From assembly GCA_016791475.1 (NCBI GenBank), contig JAEUWI010000017.1, forward strand, positions 33,957 through 97,956: a DNA stretch of 64,000 bases, in the 5' to 3' direction. How positions within the stretch are numbered: position 1 is the stretch's first letter; each line of letters starts with the position of its first letter. Both the position numbers and the translations under genes were made by a program. The notes beneath the pieces are model-generated. The model was given only the letters and a program-made list of their open reading frames with translations, was not told the origin of the DNA and did no database searches. The stretch is from Candidatus Hydrogenedentota bacterium. GTDB taxonomy: Bacteria; Hydrogenedentota; Hydrogenedentia; Hydrogenedentales; JAEUWI01. Shown here piece by piece: positions 37,176 through 46,568 of the stretch.

Positions 37176-38753
37176 CTATTTTTCGCCAAACCACCAAGAA
37201 TAAAAGCTGCCCTTCCTCAGGGTGAATCGCAGGCGCACCTCTTTTCCCCGGATCGTATCCAGCGCCCCACGCTCCCAGACCAGTTCGGCCTGCGGATGAT
37301 CGCCTGAAATCACCGTCGACTCCGCGAGCGCCTCTCCCCCATCCATTAGCACTTCCGCGCGAATTTCGCCGCCGTAGGCATCCACGTTTACCCACAGAGC
37401 GCCCTCCGGCATCGTGAATGGCGGCGTCTTAACGGTCCCGGGGGTTTCGCCCGCGTCGAGCGAGATGAAGCCATCTCGACGGAGCACCGCGAGGCAGACC
37501 GCAAAGGCGTCCGAGGCCACGCCCTTGTTCAAGGCGAGCCCGTAATTCATTCCGCCGGTGTAGTAGAACCAGAGCTCGTCCCCGCGGACTATGGGAAACG
37601 AAGGGGGCAGCACGCAGGCCAGATCATAGGCCCCGCTACCGAGTTTGGAGGAGGCGAGAAAGGGCTGGCGATCGCCGAGACGTTGCCACTCTTTGAGGTC
37701 ACGGCTGGCCATCAGTTGCACTTCGTGGAAGCCGCTCCAGTCTCCACTTTCCTTGTAGCCCTTTACCATGTCCGGTGGGATACGCGGGTCGTCAAAGCCT
37801 GGCCAGTCCTTCGGGACCTTACCGGTCTGATGATAGAAGGACGGCATGGCAATATATAGCCCCTCATATCGAAACACGGAAACGTTGTACACATCCACAT
37901 TGTAGGTTTCCGGGATATTGTGGGAAGGCTGCTGAAGCGCAGGGTCGGCGAAGCGGGCGGCGATGTTCTTTCGGCCGATCTCCTGATCGAGATCGTCCGC
38001 GTGAAAGGTCAATACCGGTTCCGTCCAGTGCTCGAAATCCTGGCTGGTGATAATCACATGGGAACGCCCGTGGGGACCCCACGTTTTCAACGTGGCGATG
38101 AAGGTATGGGTCCGGGTATCGTAGCTCAGATTGGACTCATCGCTCGACTTCAGCTTTGGAACATCGAGCAGGGTCCAGTGAATGCCATCCGGGCTCACCA
38201 TCGGCTCCCGGTCGTAGCAATGGGCGAAGCCCTTGAATCGACGGGCGGGATCGGGGTCGTCCGGATCGTAGACCACATTCTCAATGGCATTTGCCGGCCA
38301 CTCCCGCGCGGGATCGGGCGTCACCAGATTGTTCTCCAGCGAACCCCGCACTTCCTTCTGTCGCAGGGCGGGTTTGGTCCAGTGAAGCCCATCGACGCTC
38401 TCAGCGTAGGCGGTTCCGCTGCTCCCGTCCGTCCGCGAGGCCAACAGCCAGAGTTTGAAGACCTTCGCCTCCGGGTCCCATGCGGGCGCGCTCCGGGTCT
38501 GGAGCGAAGTCTCGTCGGGCGGCGTGGGTCGGAGCACCGCGCCCCGTTTCACGGGCGTGTGCATCGTGCGCGAAAGATTCTCGATGATCGCGATACCTGC
38601 ATCATCGAGAAACAACTGTCGCTCGCCGAGCGCGGGAGAAAAAGCTTTGGGTTCGTTGCCTGCCACCTCCTCCGCGGTTGCGCCTGCCATCAGACAGAGC
38701 GATAGCATCGCGCTCTGCAAGAGCGGACCGAAAAATCTGGGATAGACTTGCAT
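37176..38753 (-). CDS. Secreted glycoside-hydrolase-like protein (beta-propeller type, GH43/GH130-like)
   Basis: Signal peptide MQVYPRFFGPLLQSAMLSLCLMAGATA. Family assignment is uncertain. Confidence 0.65.
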   Translation of the reverse strand: MQVYPRFFGPLLQSAMLSLCLMAGATAEEVAGNEPKAFSPALGERQLFLDDAGIAIIENLSRTMHTPVKRGAVLRPTPPDETSLQTRSAPAWDPEAKVFKLWLLASRTDGSSGTAYAESVDGLHWTKPALRQKEVRGSLENNLVTPDPAREWPANAIENVVYDPDDPDPARRFKGFAHCYDREPMVSPDGIHWTLLDVPKLKSSDESNLSYDTRTHTFIATLKTWGPHGRSHVIITSQDFEHWTEPVLTFHADDLDQEIGRKNIAARFADPALQQPSHNIPETYNVDVYNVSVFRYEGLYIAMPSFYHQTGKVPKDWPGFDDPRIPPDMVKGYKESGDWSGFHEVQLMASRDLKEWQRLGDRQPFLASSKLGSGAYDLACVLPPSFPIVRGDELWFYYTGGMNYGLALNKGVASDAFAVCLAVLRRDGFISLDAGETPGTVKTPPFTMPEGALWVNVDAYGGEIRAEVLMDGGEALAESTVISGDHPQAELVWERGALDTIRGKEVRLRFTLRKGSFYSWWFGEK

Positions 38754-38857
38754 TTGACTCTCCGACCCGCCCTCAGAAAGGCGTTAATCGCTATTTTTCA
38801 GATTATTCGCACGCAAAGGCGCGAAGGCGCAAAGACAACTTGGGCATGACTCCCGAA

Positions 38858-39385
38858 CTACAATTTCTTCTTCTCAAACCAGGCGAACATCGCCAGCGTT
38901 CCCGCTACGAAAATGGGAATGACCACCCAGTGTGAAACGCCGAGGGACTCCGAAATACCGACTTTGCCGAAGTCTTTCCAGGCCAATACCGAGGTCAACA
39001 GCACCGGGTAGACTTCGGCGTACACGGCCGCACCGATGAGCATGCCGACTACGGCGAAGATGGCATGCCAGCGTCCTTCGGCCAACGCGCCGACGGAGGT
39101 TCCGGGGCAGTACCCCATGACGGCCCAGCCTGCGCCGAAGAGCAGGCCGCCCAGAACAACACCGCCGACGTTCATGGATTTGTGACTGAGGGTGATGATG
39201 CCCAGATCCGACAAGGCATACAGCCCGACAAGCCCCACCAGAATTGCGGACATCATGAACTTGAGGATGGTCATGTCTTTCAGGAGCATGGCGCCCACCT
39301 GCTTCTCAAATCGAAGCACGCGCCCCTTCTGCAACAGCACGCCAAAGATGACACCGGTGATGAGCCCGAGTAACAGTACGCCCAT
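38858..39385 (-). CDS. YeeE/YedE-family (sulfur-compound transporter, DUF395) membrane protein, half-size
   Basis: Multi-TM protein with an MGYCPGTSVGA motif. Its start lies 1 nt after the stop of the upstream half gene. Confidence 0.8.
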   Translation of the reverse strand: MGVLLLGLITGVIFGVLLQKGRVLRFEKQVGAMLLKDMTILKFMMSAILVGLVGLYALSDLGIITLSHKSMNVGGVVLGGLLFGAGWAVMGYCPGTSVGALAEGRWHAIFAVVGMLIGAAVYAEVYPVLLTSVLAWKDFGKVGISESLGVSHWVVIPIFVAGTLAMFAWFEKKKL

Positions 39386-39386
39386 G

Positions 39387-39923
39387 TCAGGATTCCTTGT
39401 AGATGAAATGGGCCACAAGAGCCCCCGCGCCAAAGAACATGGCCATTGCGACCAGGCCGCTGACCGACAATTGCATCAGACCGCTCAACCCATGGCCGCT
39501 GGGGCATCCGTCCGCGAGGCGTGCGCCGAACATGGCGACAGCGCCCCCGCCAAGGGCACCCAGGGCCCGTTTACCAATGGAGTCGCCGAAACGCGCCTTC
39601 CAGGTTGGCGGGACGCTTTCCAATTTGAAGCTGGCGCTGGTGAGCGAGGAAATCAGCGCCCCCAGGAAGATGCCGACAACAAACATGAACTGCCAGTCCA
39701 CTTTCACTTTCTCTTTGGTGAAATAGGCATTGCCCTCGACGTGGTCGGGCACGACGCACATTTCCACCAGACCGGCGGCGCGGACAAAGGTGGTGGATGC
39801 GCCGAGAAACTGGGTTTTCGGAATCACGTAGGTCGTTGCCACGGCCGAGGCTATCGCCAGCAAACCCACCAGCGCCCCCGCGAGGTAGGGATTCCATGCG
39901 CCTTCATCTGTTTTCCATTTCAT
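39387..39923 (-). CDS. YeeE/YedE-family membrane protein, half-size (partner of 38858..39385)
   Basis: LADGCPSGHG motif; AAGGAG RBS 7 nt upstream of the ATG. Confidence 0.8.
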   Translation of the reverse strand: MKWKTDEGAWNPYLAGALVGLLAIASAVATTYVIPKTQFLGASTTFVRAAGLVEMCVVPDHVEGNAYFTKEKVKVDWQFMFVVGIFLGALISSLTSASFKLESVPPTWKARFGDSIGKRALGALGGGAVAMFGARLADGCPSGHGLSGLMQLSVSGLVAMAMFFGAGALVAHFIYKES

Positions 39924-40058
39924 GACACGCTCCTTCTTTTGCCGTATTCGACATGCGCCGCTCCGGGTTCGTCACAGTCAACGTCCCGATTCGCATGCTG
40001 TACGATTGTGTTCAGGTTTTCCCCGGCGATCGCCGCCACGATTCAATCGCCCTTAAGA

Positions 40059-40823
40059 TCAGGCAAGCGTTTCCTGCTCGCCTGGTGCGCGGTCGATCAC
40101 GCGCCGGAAGCAGTCCTCCATGGAGCATATCTTGCACCCGTAGGCCTCCTTCCTCACCGCGCCCCCAATTCCAATGACACCGCTCACCGACTTCTCCGGC
40201 TGCATCAATGCCGACTCCGTGAGCGTGATTCCGCAAAAGTCGGGCGGCAGCAGAGAGAACAACTTGTGCTGTTCCGAGACACTCCAGCCGCAGTATCCGG
40301 GACTGTACCGATTCGTCGTGCCCCGACCCCGATTAAGGGCCCACGCGACGATTTGCTCCTCGACCCGGTCGGCGGCCTTCTCCACAAGCTCCGAGCCAAG
40401 GGCGTCCACGAAATATGCCTGCAAGTGATCCCCGCCCCCCATGAGCTCCTGAGACCAATCGGTCATCCCTTTGCCCGCGGTCACTACGAAGAACGCAAGT
40501 GTCGCAGCGCCTTGAAGGGGCCTGGCGATGACACGCCCCGTGTGGAATTCATTTCCGCATGCGCGAAAGCCTTCCGTCTCCAGCAGAATGTCTTCCGGAG
40601 AGAAAACGCGAAAGCCGCCTTCGATCTGCGCGCGGGCCGGCGCCTCAAGCAGGAGCCGGTCGAGGTCCTCGGCGAAATGCGTCGATGCCGCGCCACCGGC
40701 ATAGCCCATCCCCCGGGCGACTTCATCTGCGGTCAGACCGAGGGACGCCGCGTCAAGACGAAAGTGATAGGTTTCCGGGCCGCAGGTTGTCGTCGCTTCG
40801 CACATGGCGGACACGCTTTCCAA
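40059..40823 (-). CDS. Methionine-synthase (MetH) reactivation/AdoMet-binding domain homolog (corrinoid-activation protein)
   Basis: RYSPGYCGW and ITLTESALMQPEKSVSGVIGI parallel E. coli MetH RPAPGYPACP and MKLTESFAMWPGASVSGWYF. Confidence 0.7.
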   Translation of the reverse strand: MESVSAMCEATTTCGPETYHFRLDAASLGLTADEVARGMGYAGGAASTHFAEDLDRLLLEAPARAQIEGGFRVFSPEDILLETEGFRACGNEFHTGRVIARPLQGAATLAFFVVTAGKGMTDWSQELMGGGDHLQAYFVDALGSELVEKAADRVEEQIVAWALNRGRGTTNRYSPGYCGWSVSEQHKLFSLLPPDFCGITLTESALMQPEKSVSGVIGIGGAVRKEAYGCKICSMEDCFRRVIDRAPGEQETLA

Positions 40824-40832
40824 TCCGGTGGC

Positions 40833-41501
40833 TCAGGCGCTCGAAGCCGACAGAAACTGGAGCGCGGATTGCGGATCGCGGGAATAATGGTCCGCGCCAA
40901 TTTTCTCGCTGAATTCCTGGGTCAGGGGTGCGCCGCCCACGATCACTCTGGTGTCGGGCCGCTGCGTCTTGATCGCCTGGACAATCTTTTCCATGTTCAT
41001 CATGGTCGTGGTCAGCAGGGCGCTCAGCCCCACCACACAACCCGGGTGGGCGTCGATCGCGGCGATAAACTTCTCGGCGGATACGTCCACCCCAATATCG
41101 ATGACTTCCCAGCCGCCACCCTCCATGATCATGGCCACGAGGTTTTTTCCGATGTCGTGAAGATCCCCCTGGACCGTGCCGATCACGAGTGTGCCCTTGT
41201 GCTTCGTGACGCCGGAGTCGAAGAAGGGCTTCAGGTGGGCCATGCCGGCGCTCATGGCGCGGGCGGCCATGAGCAGATCGGGAACAAAGGCCTGATGCCG
41301 GCTGAACTTATCGCCGATACGGCTCATGCCGGCCATCAACCCTTCATTGAGGACGCTGTTCGGATCCAGGCCCTCGGCGAGGGCCCTGGCCGTCAATTCG
41401 TCCACCCCCTCCTGACCCTTGAGGTCGGGCGGATAGGGTGCGTCCCGGTTTACTTTTCCCCGTTCGGTGTGGAGTGCAATCAGTTCTAGCAGCGAGTCCA
41501 T
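40833..41501 (-). CDS. Corrinoid (cobalamin)-binding protein (MtaC/MetH Cob-domain-like)
   Basis: Start MDSLLELIALH with GGAGAGAAGGGAA upstream. B12-binding_2 cap followed by a Rossmann domain with the DxHxxG motif (GDLHDIGKN). Confidence 0.85.
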   Translation of the reverse strand: MDSLLELIALHTERGKVNRDAPYPPDLKGQEGVDELTARALAEGLDPNSVLNEGLMAGMSRIGDKFSRHQAFVPDLLMAARAMSAGMAHLKPFFDSGVTKHKGTLVIGTVQGDLHDIGKNLVAMIMEGGGWEVIDIGVDVSAEKFIAAIDAHPGCVVGLSALLTTTMMNMEKIVQAIKTQRPDTRVIVGGAPLTQEFSEKIGADHYSRDPQSALQFLSASSA

Positions 41502-41765
41502 ATTCCCTTCTCTCCGTGGCGGCCCCACCGCGAGGGAGATCGGGGACTCGGCCTCGTTGCCGTGTCGGGTACTCCCGGGCGGAGCGTCTGACCTGATCAT
41601 ACTCCTCGCGGGACCGTCGGGGCCACCCTAAAATCCACCCGGTCGCCACGGAGATAAGTACGGTTGCAGATTATGATTGTAAACGCGTCTCCGCCGATCT
41701 ATGATAGAGGCAATGGCTCCGACTTGGGGAAGTGGGAGCGTCACGAAATACTGGGGAACAGTACG

Positions 41766-43199
41766 ATGGGGAACGATCCCGCCCAACGCTATGCGGAACG
41801 CTTCGACCGCTATGTGACCGCGCTTAGAAACGGCAAGCCGGACCGCATTCCGATTCGCCCGTTTGCCGCCGAGTTCACCGCCAAATACGCGGGCTACACC
41901 TGCCAGCAGGTCACCCACGACTACGATCTGGCCTTTCGCGCCATGCGAAAATGCGCCACCGATTTTGACTGGGACGCAGTCCCCGCCAGCATGGTCTACG
42001 TCTGGACCGGCCTCACGCAGGCGATTGGCCTGAAGTATTACGCCACGCCGGGCGTCGAGATTCCCGCCGATACCGCCTTCCAGTTCCTCGAACCTCCCGA
42101 GGGGCAATCCTTCATGCAGGCCGATGAGTACGAGCAACTCATCGCCGATCCCACGGGATTTCTGATGAATGTCTGGCTCCCCCGCGTTTCGCGGGATGTG
42201 TGTCCCATTGGCGAGCCCGTCACGACACGCAACAACCTGTCGTTCCTCAAGGGCGGAATGGCCATGCTGGCCTACTTCAACGCCTTTCCACCCGCCATCG
42301 AGCAATTGAAGGCGGAATGCGGCACCGTCTCCGCCATCGCGGGCATCTTCAAGTCCCCCCTGGACATTCTTGGCGACAAGCTCCGGGGCTATATGGGCCT
42401 GACGATGGACCTGCTGGAGCGGCCGGAACTGGTGCTGGAAGCCTGCAAGGCCCTCATGCCGCACCTGCTCCACGTGGCGTTGACGACGGCCGACCCGGAC
42501 AAGAATGTTCCCATCGGATTCTGGCTCCATCGCGGCGGCGCGCCTTTCGTGAAACTGGAGCATTTCAACACGATCAACTGGCCGACGCTGAAGCCGATCA
42601 TCGAAGCCCTGTGGGCTCATGGCCACCAGACCCTCTTCTATGCCGAGGGCGACTGGGATGCCCACCTCGAAGCGTTTGCGGAGCTGCCGCCCGGCAGCAT
42701 CCAGTACCATGTGGATCGCGGTGACATTCTCCAAGCCCACCGGGTGCTCGGCAAGAAGTTCTGCATCAGCGGCGGCATTCCCAACGCTCTTCTTTCCTAC
42801 GGCACTCCGGAGCAGGTGACGGCCCGCTGTAAAGATGTCATTGACGCGGTCGCGGGCGACGGCGGCTATATCATGGATGCGAGCGCGATCATCCAGAACG
42901 ACGCCCGCGTTGAAAACGTTCGCGCCATGACCGAATTCACCCGATCTTACGGGGTATACAGCACAACGGGTTCCTCTACAGTCCCCGCCAACCCAGGCCT
43001 GAACCCGCCCATCTCTGTCGCCGAGGCCATGGCCAGGATTCCAGTCCCGAATCTGAAGGCCGGGGCGTGCATGCCCTGGCCCGAAAAGCGCAAAGAACTG
43101 GCGCCAGTCCAGGGCGACGAACGCATACTGGAGCGAATCTGGGACAACGTGGACAGCCTTGCCAACATGTATGTCTGGCAATGCCTGCTGTCCTTCTAG
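41766..43199 (+). CDS. UroD-family (MtaA/CmuA-like) methyltransferase paralog 1, long form
   Basis: N-terminal region AERFDRYVTALRNGKPDRIPIRPF typical of the UroD-like fold. The track ORF starts at 41664. Confidence 0.75.
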   Translation: MGNDPAQRYAERFDRYVTALRNGKPDRIPIRPFAAEFTAKYAGYTCQQVTHDYDLAFRAMRKCATDFDWDAVPASMVYVWTGLTQAIGLKYYATPGVEIPADTAFQFLEPPEGQSFMQADEYEQLIADPTGFLMNVWLPRVSRDVCPIGEPVTTRNNLSFLKGGMAMLAYFNAFPPAIEQLKAECGTVSAIAGIFKSPLDILGDKLRGYMGLTMDLLERPELVLEACKALMPHLLHVALTTADPDKNVPIGFWLHRGGAPFVKLEHFNTINWPTLKPIIEALWAHGHQTLFYAEGDWDAHLEAFAELPPGSIQYHVDRGDILQAHRVLGKKFCISGGIPNALLSYGTPEQVTARCKDVIDAVAGDGGYIMDASAIIQNDARVENVRAMTEFTRSYGVYSTTGSSTVPANPGLNPPISVAEAMARIPVPNLKAGACMPWPEKRKELAPVQGDERILERIWDNVDSLANMYVWQCLLSF

Positions 43200-43223
43200 G
43201 AAAATCGAGGGAGAAAGACAACA

Positions 43224-44231
43224 ATGACAGGTCGCGAACGGGTTCTGGCCATGCTTTCCGGAAAAACCCCGGATTCACTCCCCCTGATGCCTATCACCAT
43301 GATGTTTGCCGCCGACCAGACGGGCGTGCATTACCGCGACTATGCGAATGACCACCGCGTTCTCGTGGAGGCCCAGATTTGCACGGCGGAGCGCTTCGAC
43401 TTCGATCACGTGTCGTGCATCTCCGATCCCGGCCGGGAGGCCGCGGATTGTGGCGCGACGGTGGTCTATTTTGACGACCAGCCCCCCGCGATTGACGAGA
43501 TCAATGCGCGGCTCGCCAACAAGGCCGACCTGCTCACGCTGAAATTGCCCGATCCGCTTGGTGGCGGCCGAATGCACGATCGGGTGCTCGCCGCGGCTTT
43601 GTTCAAGGAGCGCGTGGGTGGGGAGAAACTCATTGAGGGCTGGGTGGAGGGCCCCTGCGCCGAGGGTGCCGACCTGCGGGGTATCAATACCCTCATGATG
43701 GACTTCTACGACGACCCCGCCTTCATCCACGATCTCTTCGCCTTCAATGTCGAAATGGCCCTCGCCTTCGCGAAGGCGCAGGTGGATGCCGGAGCCGGTA
43801 TTATTGGCGTGGGTGATGCCGCGGCGTCCCTCATCGGCCCGCACCTCTATGAAGAGTTTGTCTTTCCGTATGAAAAGCAACTGGTGGACGGCCTGCATGC
43901 CATGGGCACCCTGGTCCGCCTGCATATCTGCGGCAATACTTCCGCCATCCTCGCGGGGATGGGCCGTCTGGGCTGCGACATCGTGGATCTGGACTACATG
44001 GCTTCCCTTGCGGACGCTCGTCACGCCATGCCGGCCCGGCAGGTGCTTCTCGGGAATATGGATCCGGTTTCGGTGCTGCGCAACAGTTCCGTGGGCACGG
44101 TTACGGACACGCTTGATAACTGCTACCGAGATGCCGGCCCCCTTTACATCGTAGGGGCCGGTTGCGAGGTGCCTCGCGGGACACCGCTGGCCAACGTGGA
44201 GTGCCTTCGGGACTACGCCCGCTCACACTGA
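43224..44231 (+). CDS. UroD-family methylcobamide:thiol methyltransferase (MtaA-like) paralog 2
   Basis: Zinc-ligand motif LHICGN (HxCG) and a downstream GAGCEVP cysteine; MtaA-like length (335 aa). Confidence 0.85.
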   Translation: MTGRERVLAMLSGKTPDSLPLMPITMMFAADQTGVHYRDYANDHRVLVEAQICTAERFDFDHVSCISDPGREAADCGATVVYFDDQPPAIDEINARLANKADLLTLKLPDPLGGGRMHDRVLAAALFKERVGGEKLIEGWVEGPCAEGADLRGINTLMMDFYDDPAFIHDLFAFNVEMALAFAKAQVDAGAGIIGVGDAAASLIGPHLYEEFVFPYEKQLVDGLHAMGTLVRLHICGNTSAILAGMGRLGCDIVDLDYMASLADARHAMPARQVLLGNMDPVSVLRNSSVGTVTDTLDNCYRDAGPLYIVGAGCEVPRGTPLANVECLRDYARSH

Positions 44232-44246
44232 GGCCCGACCTGTCAC

Positions 44247-45368
44247 TCACGCGTCGGGCGGGATATCCAGCGTTGCTTCCACGAGGCGGGCGAGGTCCAG
44301 CACCCGTTCATCGGGCGTGTCCGCTTCGATATCCGCCATAACAATGTCGCAGGGACTCAGTTCTCGGCGTATGCGGGCCAGATCCGCAGCCAATTCGTCC
44401 AGGGACTTGCCCGTAAGGTCGGTCGGGCGATACATCACCGCCCGCCGTGCCCGAGGGCACAGATCCCGCGCGCGCCGGAGGTCGGAATCCATTCCCATAT
44501 CAACGTAGCCGAGCTTATCTATACTCGCGTAGTCCTCGATATAGGGGTCGACATTCCATGCGCAATTGTGGATTCCAAAATGCTCGAAGGCCTCGGAGAG
44601 CATCCGGTCGTATGGAAGAATGAACTCGCGATACTGATCCGGCGAAACCATGTTCACCACGCAATTGCTCACGGTGGCATGGCGTACGATGACGCCCGAT
44701 TCACGTTGCCGGGCATAGAGCAACTTCATGCCGCTGATCATGGTCCGGGTTACCACCTCAAACAGGTGGCACGCCAGTGCGGGATCCATCATCAGGTCGA
44801 TAAAGATCTGGTCGCCCCGAATCCGAAAGGCGTTGTTCAGCACGCCCTGCCAGTTGATGTAGCCCTCGATGCGTCCGAAGTGGCGCTCGATAAGATCCGC
44901 CTGCTCCATAATCTGCACAAAGACCGGATTCGCGGAAAGATCCGGCACTTCCAGCGACTTGATCCGGGCTTCGCTCAGGTACTCGTGTCGGGCAGCGGGC
45001 CAGTTGTCGGGGTAGTACTCCGCGCCTACACCGAAGATACGCGACATGGTCACTGCCCCGTGCACACCATCCAGCGTGGACGGCGCCGCGTCGGGGTTGG
45101 CGCCGCCGAGTTGCAGGCTGGGAAAACGGCGATTCAGTTCCCGGCGCATGCGCACGAGCGTTTCGCCGCGATAGAGGGGATCGAGGTGCCAGCGCTCCGA
45201 AAAATCCACGTCGCAGTTCGCCCTGTACCAGAGCGGAGTGAAACCATACTCGACGCGCAAGTCGGACTCCGAGCCATCACAGGGGGTGCGCGTGGCCGGG
45301 GCGGCGGGCGCAATAAAGCTGCGCAACTGGCCGACGGTGGACAGGGTGGCTTCCGTGGTTGTGCTCAT
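44247..45368 (-). CDS. UroD-family methyltransferase paralog 3
   Basis: IHNCAWNVDPY (HxC motif) and a UroD-like C-terminal region. Confidence 0.7.
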   Translation of the reverse strand: MSTTTEATLSTVGQLRSFIAPAAPATRTPCDGSESDLRVEYGFTPLWYRANCDVDFSERWHLDPLYRGETLVRMRRELNRRFPSLQLGGANPDAAPSTLDGVHGAVTMSRIFGVGAEYYPDNWPAARHEYLSEARIKSLEVPDLSANPVFVQIMEQADLIERHFGRIEGYINWQGVLNNAFRIRGDQIFIDLMMDPALACHLFEVVTRTMISGMKLLYARQRESGVIVRHATVSNCVVNMVSPDQYREFILPYDRMLSEAFEHFGIHNCAWNVDPYIEDYASIDKLGYVDMGMDSDLRRARDLCPRARRAVMYRPTDLTGKSLDELAADLARIRRELSPCDIVMADIEADTPDERVLDLARLVEATLDIPPDA

Positions 45369-45389
45369 GGCGGCTCCTTTACCGGGTCA

Positions 45390-46274
45390 TCATGCCCGGG
45401 CGATGGCCTCGCGGATGGCGCGAATGTGGTCCGGTGACGTGCCGCAGCAGCCGCCTATGATATTTGCTCCAGCGGCGATCATGGCGGGCACGCAACCCGA
45501 CATGAAATCGGGGGTCTCCGGATAAGACTCGCCTTCGGCGGTCAGCACGGGCAGCCCGGCATTGGGATGTACGAGAATGGGGGTGTCGGGCGCGGCCGCG
45601 CGCAGGGCCTGGACCACACCGATCATGGGCTCGGAACCCTGGCTGCAATTGGTGCCCAGAATATCGGCGCCGGCCGCCACCAGGGCCGCCGCCATGTCGG
45701 CGGGCGATGCGCCCATCATCGTGTAGTAGGTTTCACCCGCACAACTGTCGTAGGTAAAGGAGCAGATGATTTCGAGGGCGGTGCAGGCCTTCACCGCCTT
45801 CACCGCCACCACGGCCTCGTCGATGGCCGAAAAGGTCTCGATAATGCAGGCATCCGCGCCGCCCTCTTCCAGTGCGCGGGCCTGGGCGCCGAATACCTCC
45901 GCCAGCTCCTCTTCGCTGGTGTCACCCATCATCAAAATCTTACCGGTTGGCCCGATGGAGGCCGCCACGTTCACCTCGTCGCCCGCGGCCTCACGGGAGA
46001 GTCGTGCGGCCGCGCGATTGAGTTCGGCCATTCTTCCGTCGAGGCCATAGGCGGCCAGCTTGATGCGCGAGCCGCCAAAGCTGTTCGTGGTCACGATATC
46101 GGAGCCGGCATCCACATAGCGCCGGGCAATGCTGCGCACCGCATCGGGATGCTCCACATTCCAGAGCTCCGGGCACTCCCCCGCTTTCAGGCCCTGGGCC
46201 ATCAGCAGGGTTCCCCAGGCGCCGTCGGACACGAGGACGCCTTTTTCTTTGATTTTTTCACGAATGGACTTCAT
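45390..46274 (-). CDS. Homocysteine S-methyltransferase domain protein (MetH Hcy-binding-domain / MmuM-like)
   Basis: Start MKSIREKIKEKGVLVSDGAWGTLL with GGGGAGA RBS. Zinc/Hcy motif GGCCGTSPDHIRAI. The upstream 400 codons of the track ORF (to 47459) are rejected as non-coding. Confidence 0.85.
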   Translation of the reverse strand: MKSIREKIKEKGVLVSDGAWGTLLMAQGLKAGECPELWNVEHPDAVRSIARRYVDAGSDIVTTNSFGGSRIKLAAYGLDGRMAELNRAAARLSREAAGDEVNVAASIGPTGKILMMGDTSEEELAEVFGAQARALEEGGADACIIETFSAIDEAVVAVKAVKACTALEIICSFTYDSCAGETYYTMMGASPADMAAALVAAGADILGTNCSQGSEPMIGVVQALRAAAPDTPILVHPNAGLPVLTAEGESYPETPDFMSGCVPAMIAAGANIIGGCCGTSPDHIRAIREAIARA

Positions 46275-46568
46275 AGGGGTCTCCCCGGTTCGACGGCGGT
46301 CCATCGACATCGACTCCCCCGTCGATGCGCGCCCGTCGGGCCTTGTGATCGTTGCGATTACACAGCGCGCCCTTAGTCTACGGCACGCCTCCCCCGGCGA
46401 GCAAGCGGGAAATCTTTTTCCTGCGCGAGGCAAGGTGGCGACAGCGTCGTGATCGCGTATCCGAGTTCCATGGGTTACAATAGGCCGACGCGTCTCGGGC
46501 GCAGGCCCAGCGATACACGGGGGATACTGGAGCGAATCGGGGCTCCAAGAAAAAGGAGAGAGCAATCC

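Noticed and set aside
39192-41489. 765-aa + strand ORF spanning the YeeE pair, the MetH-activation homolog and the corrinoid protein
   Set aside because: It overlaps four minus-strand genes that carry clear family motifs (GCPSGHG, RYSPGYCGW, DxHxxG). It is a long antisense ORF typical of ~62% GC DNA. The same reasoning applies to 3000..4271, 4268..5422, 5673..7088, 6803..7831, 13044..14624, 21677..22840, 34723..36165, 41628..43181, 47496..49034, 50760..51740, 52578..53507, 56539..57801, 57548..59530, 60612..61703 and others.
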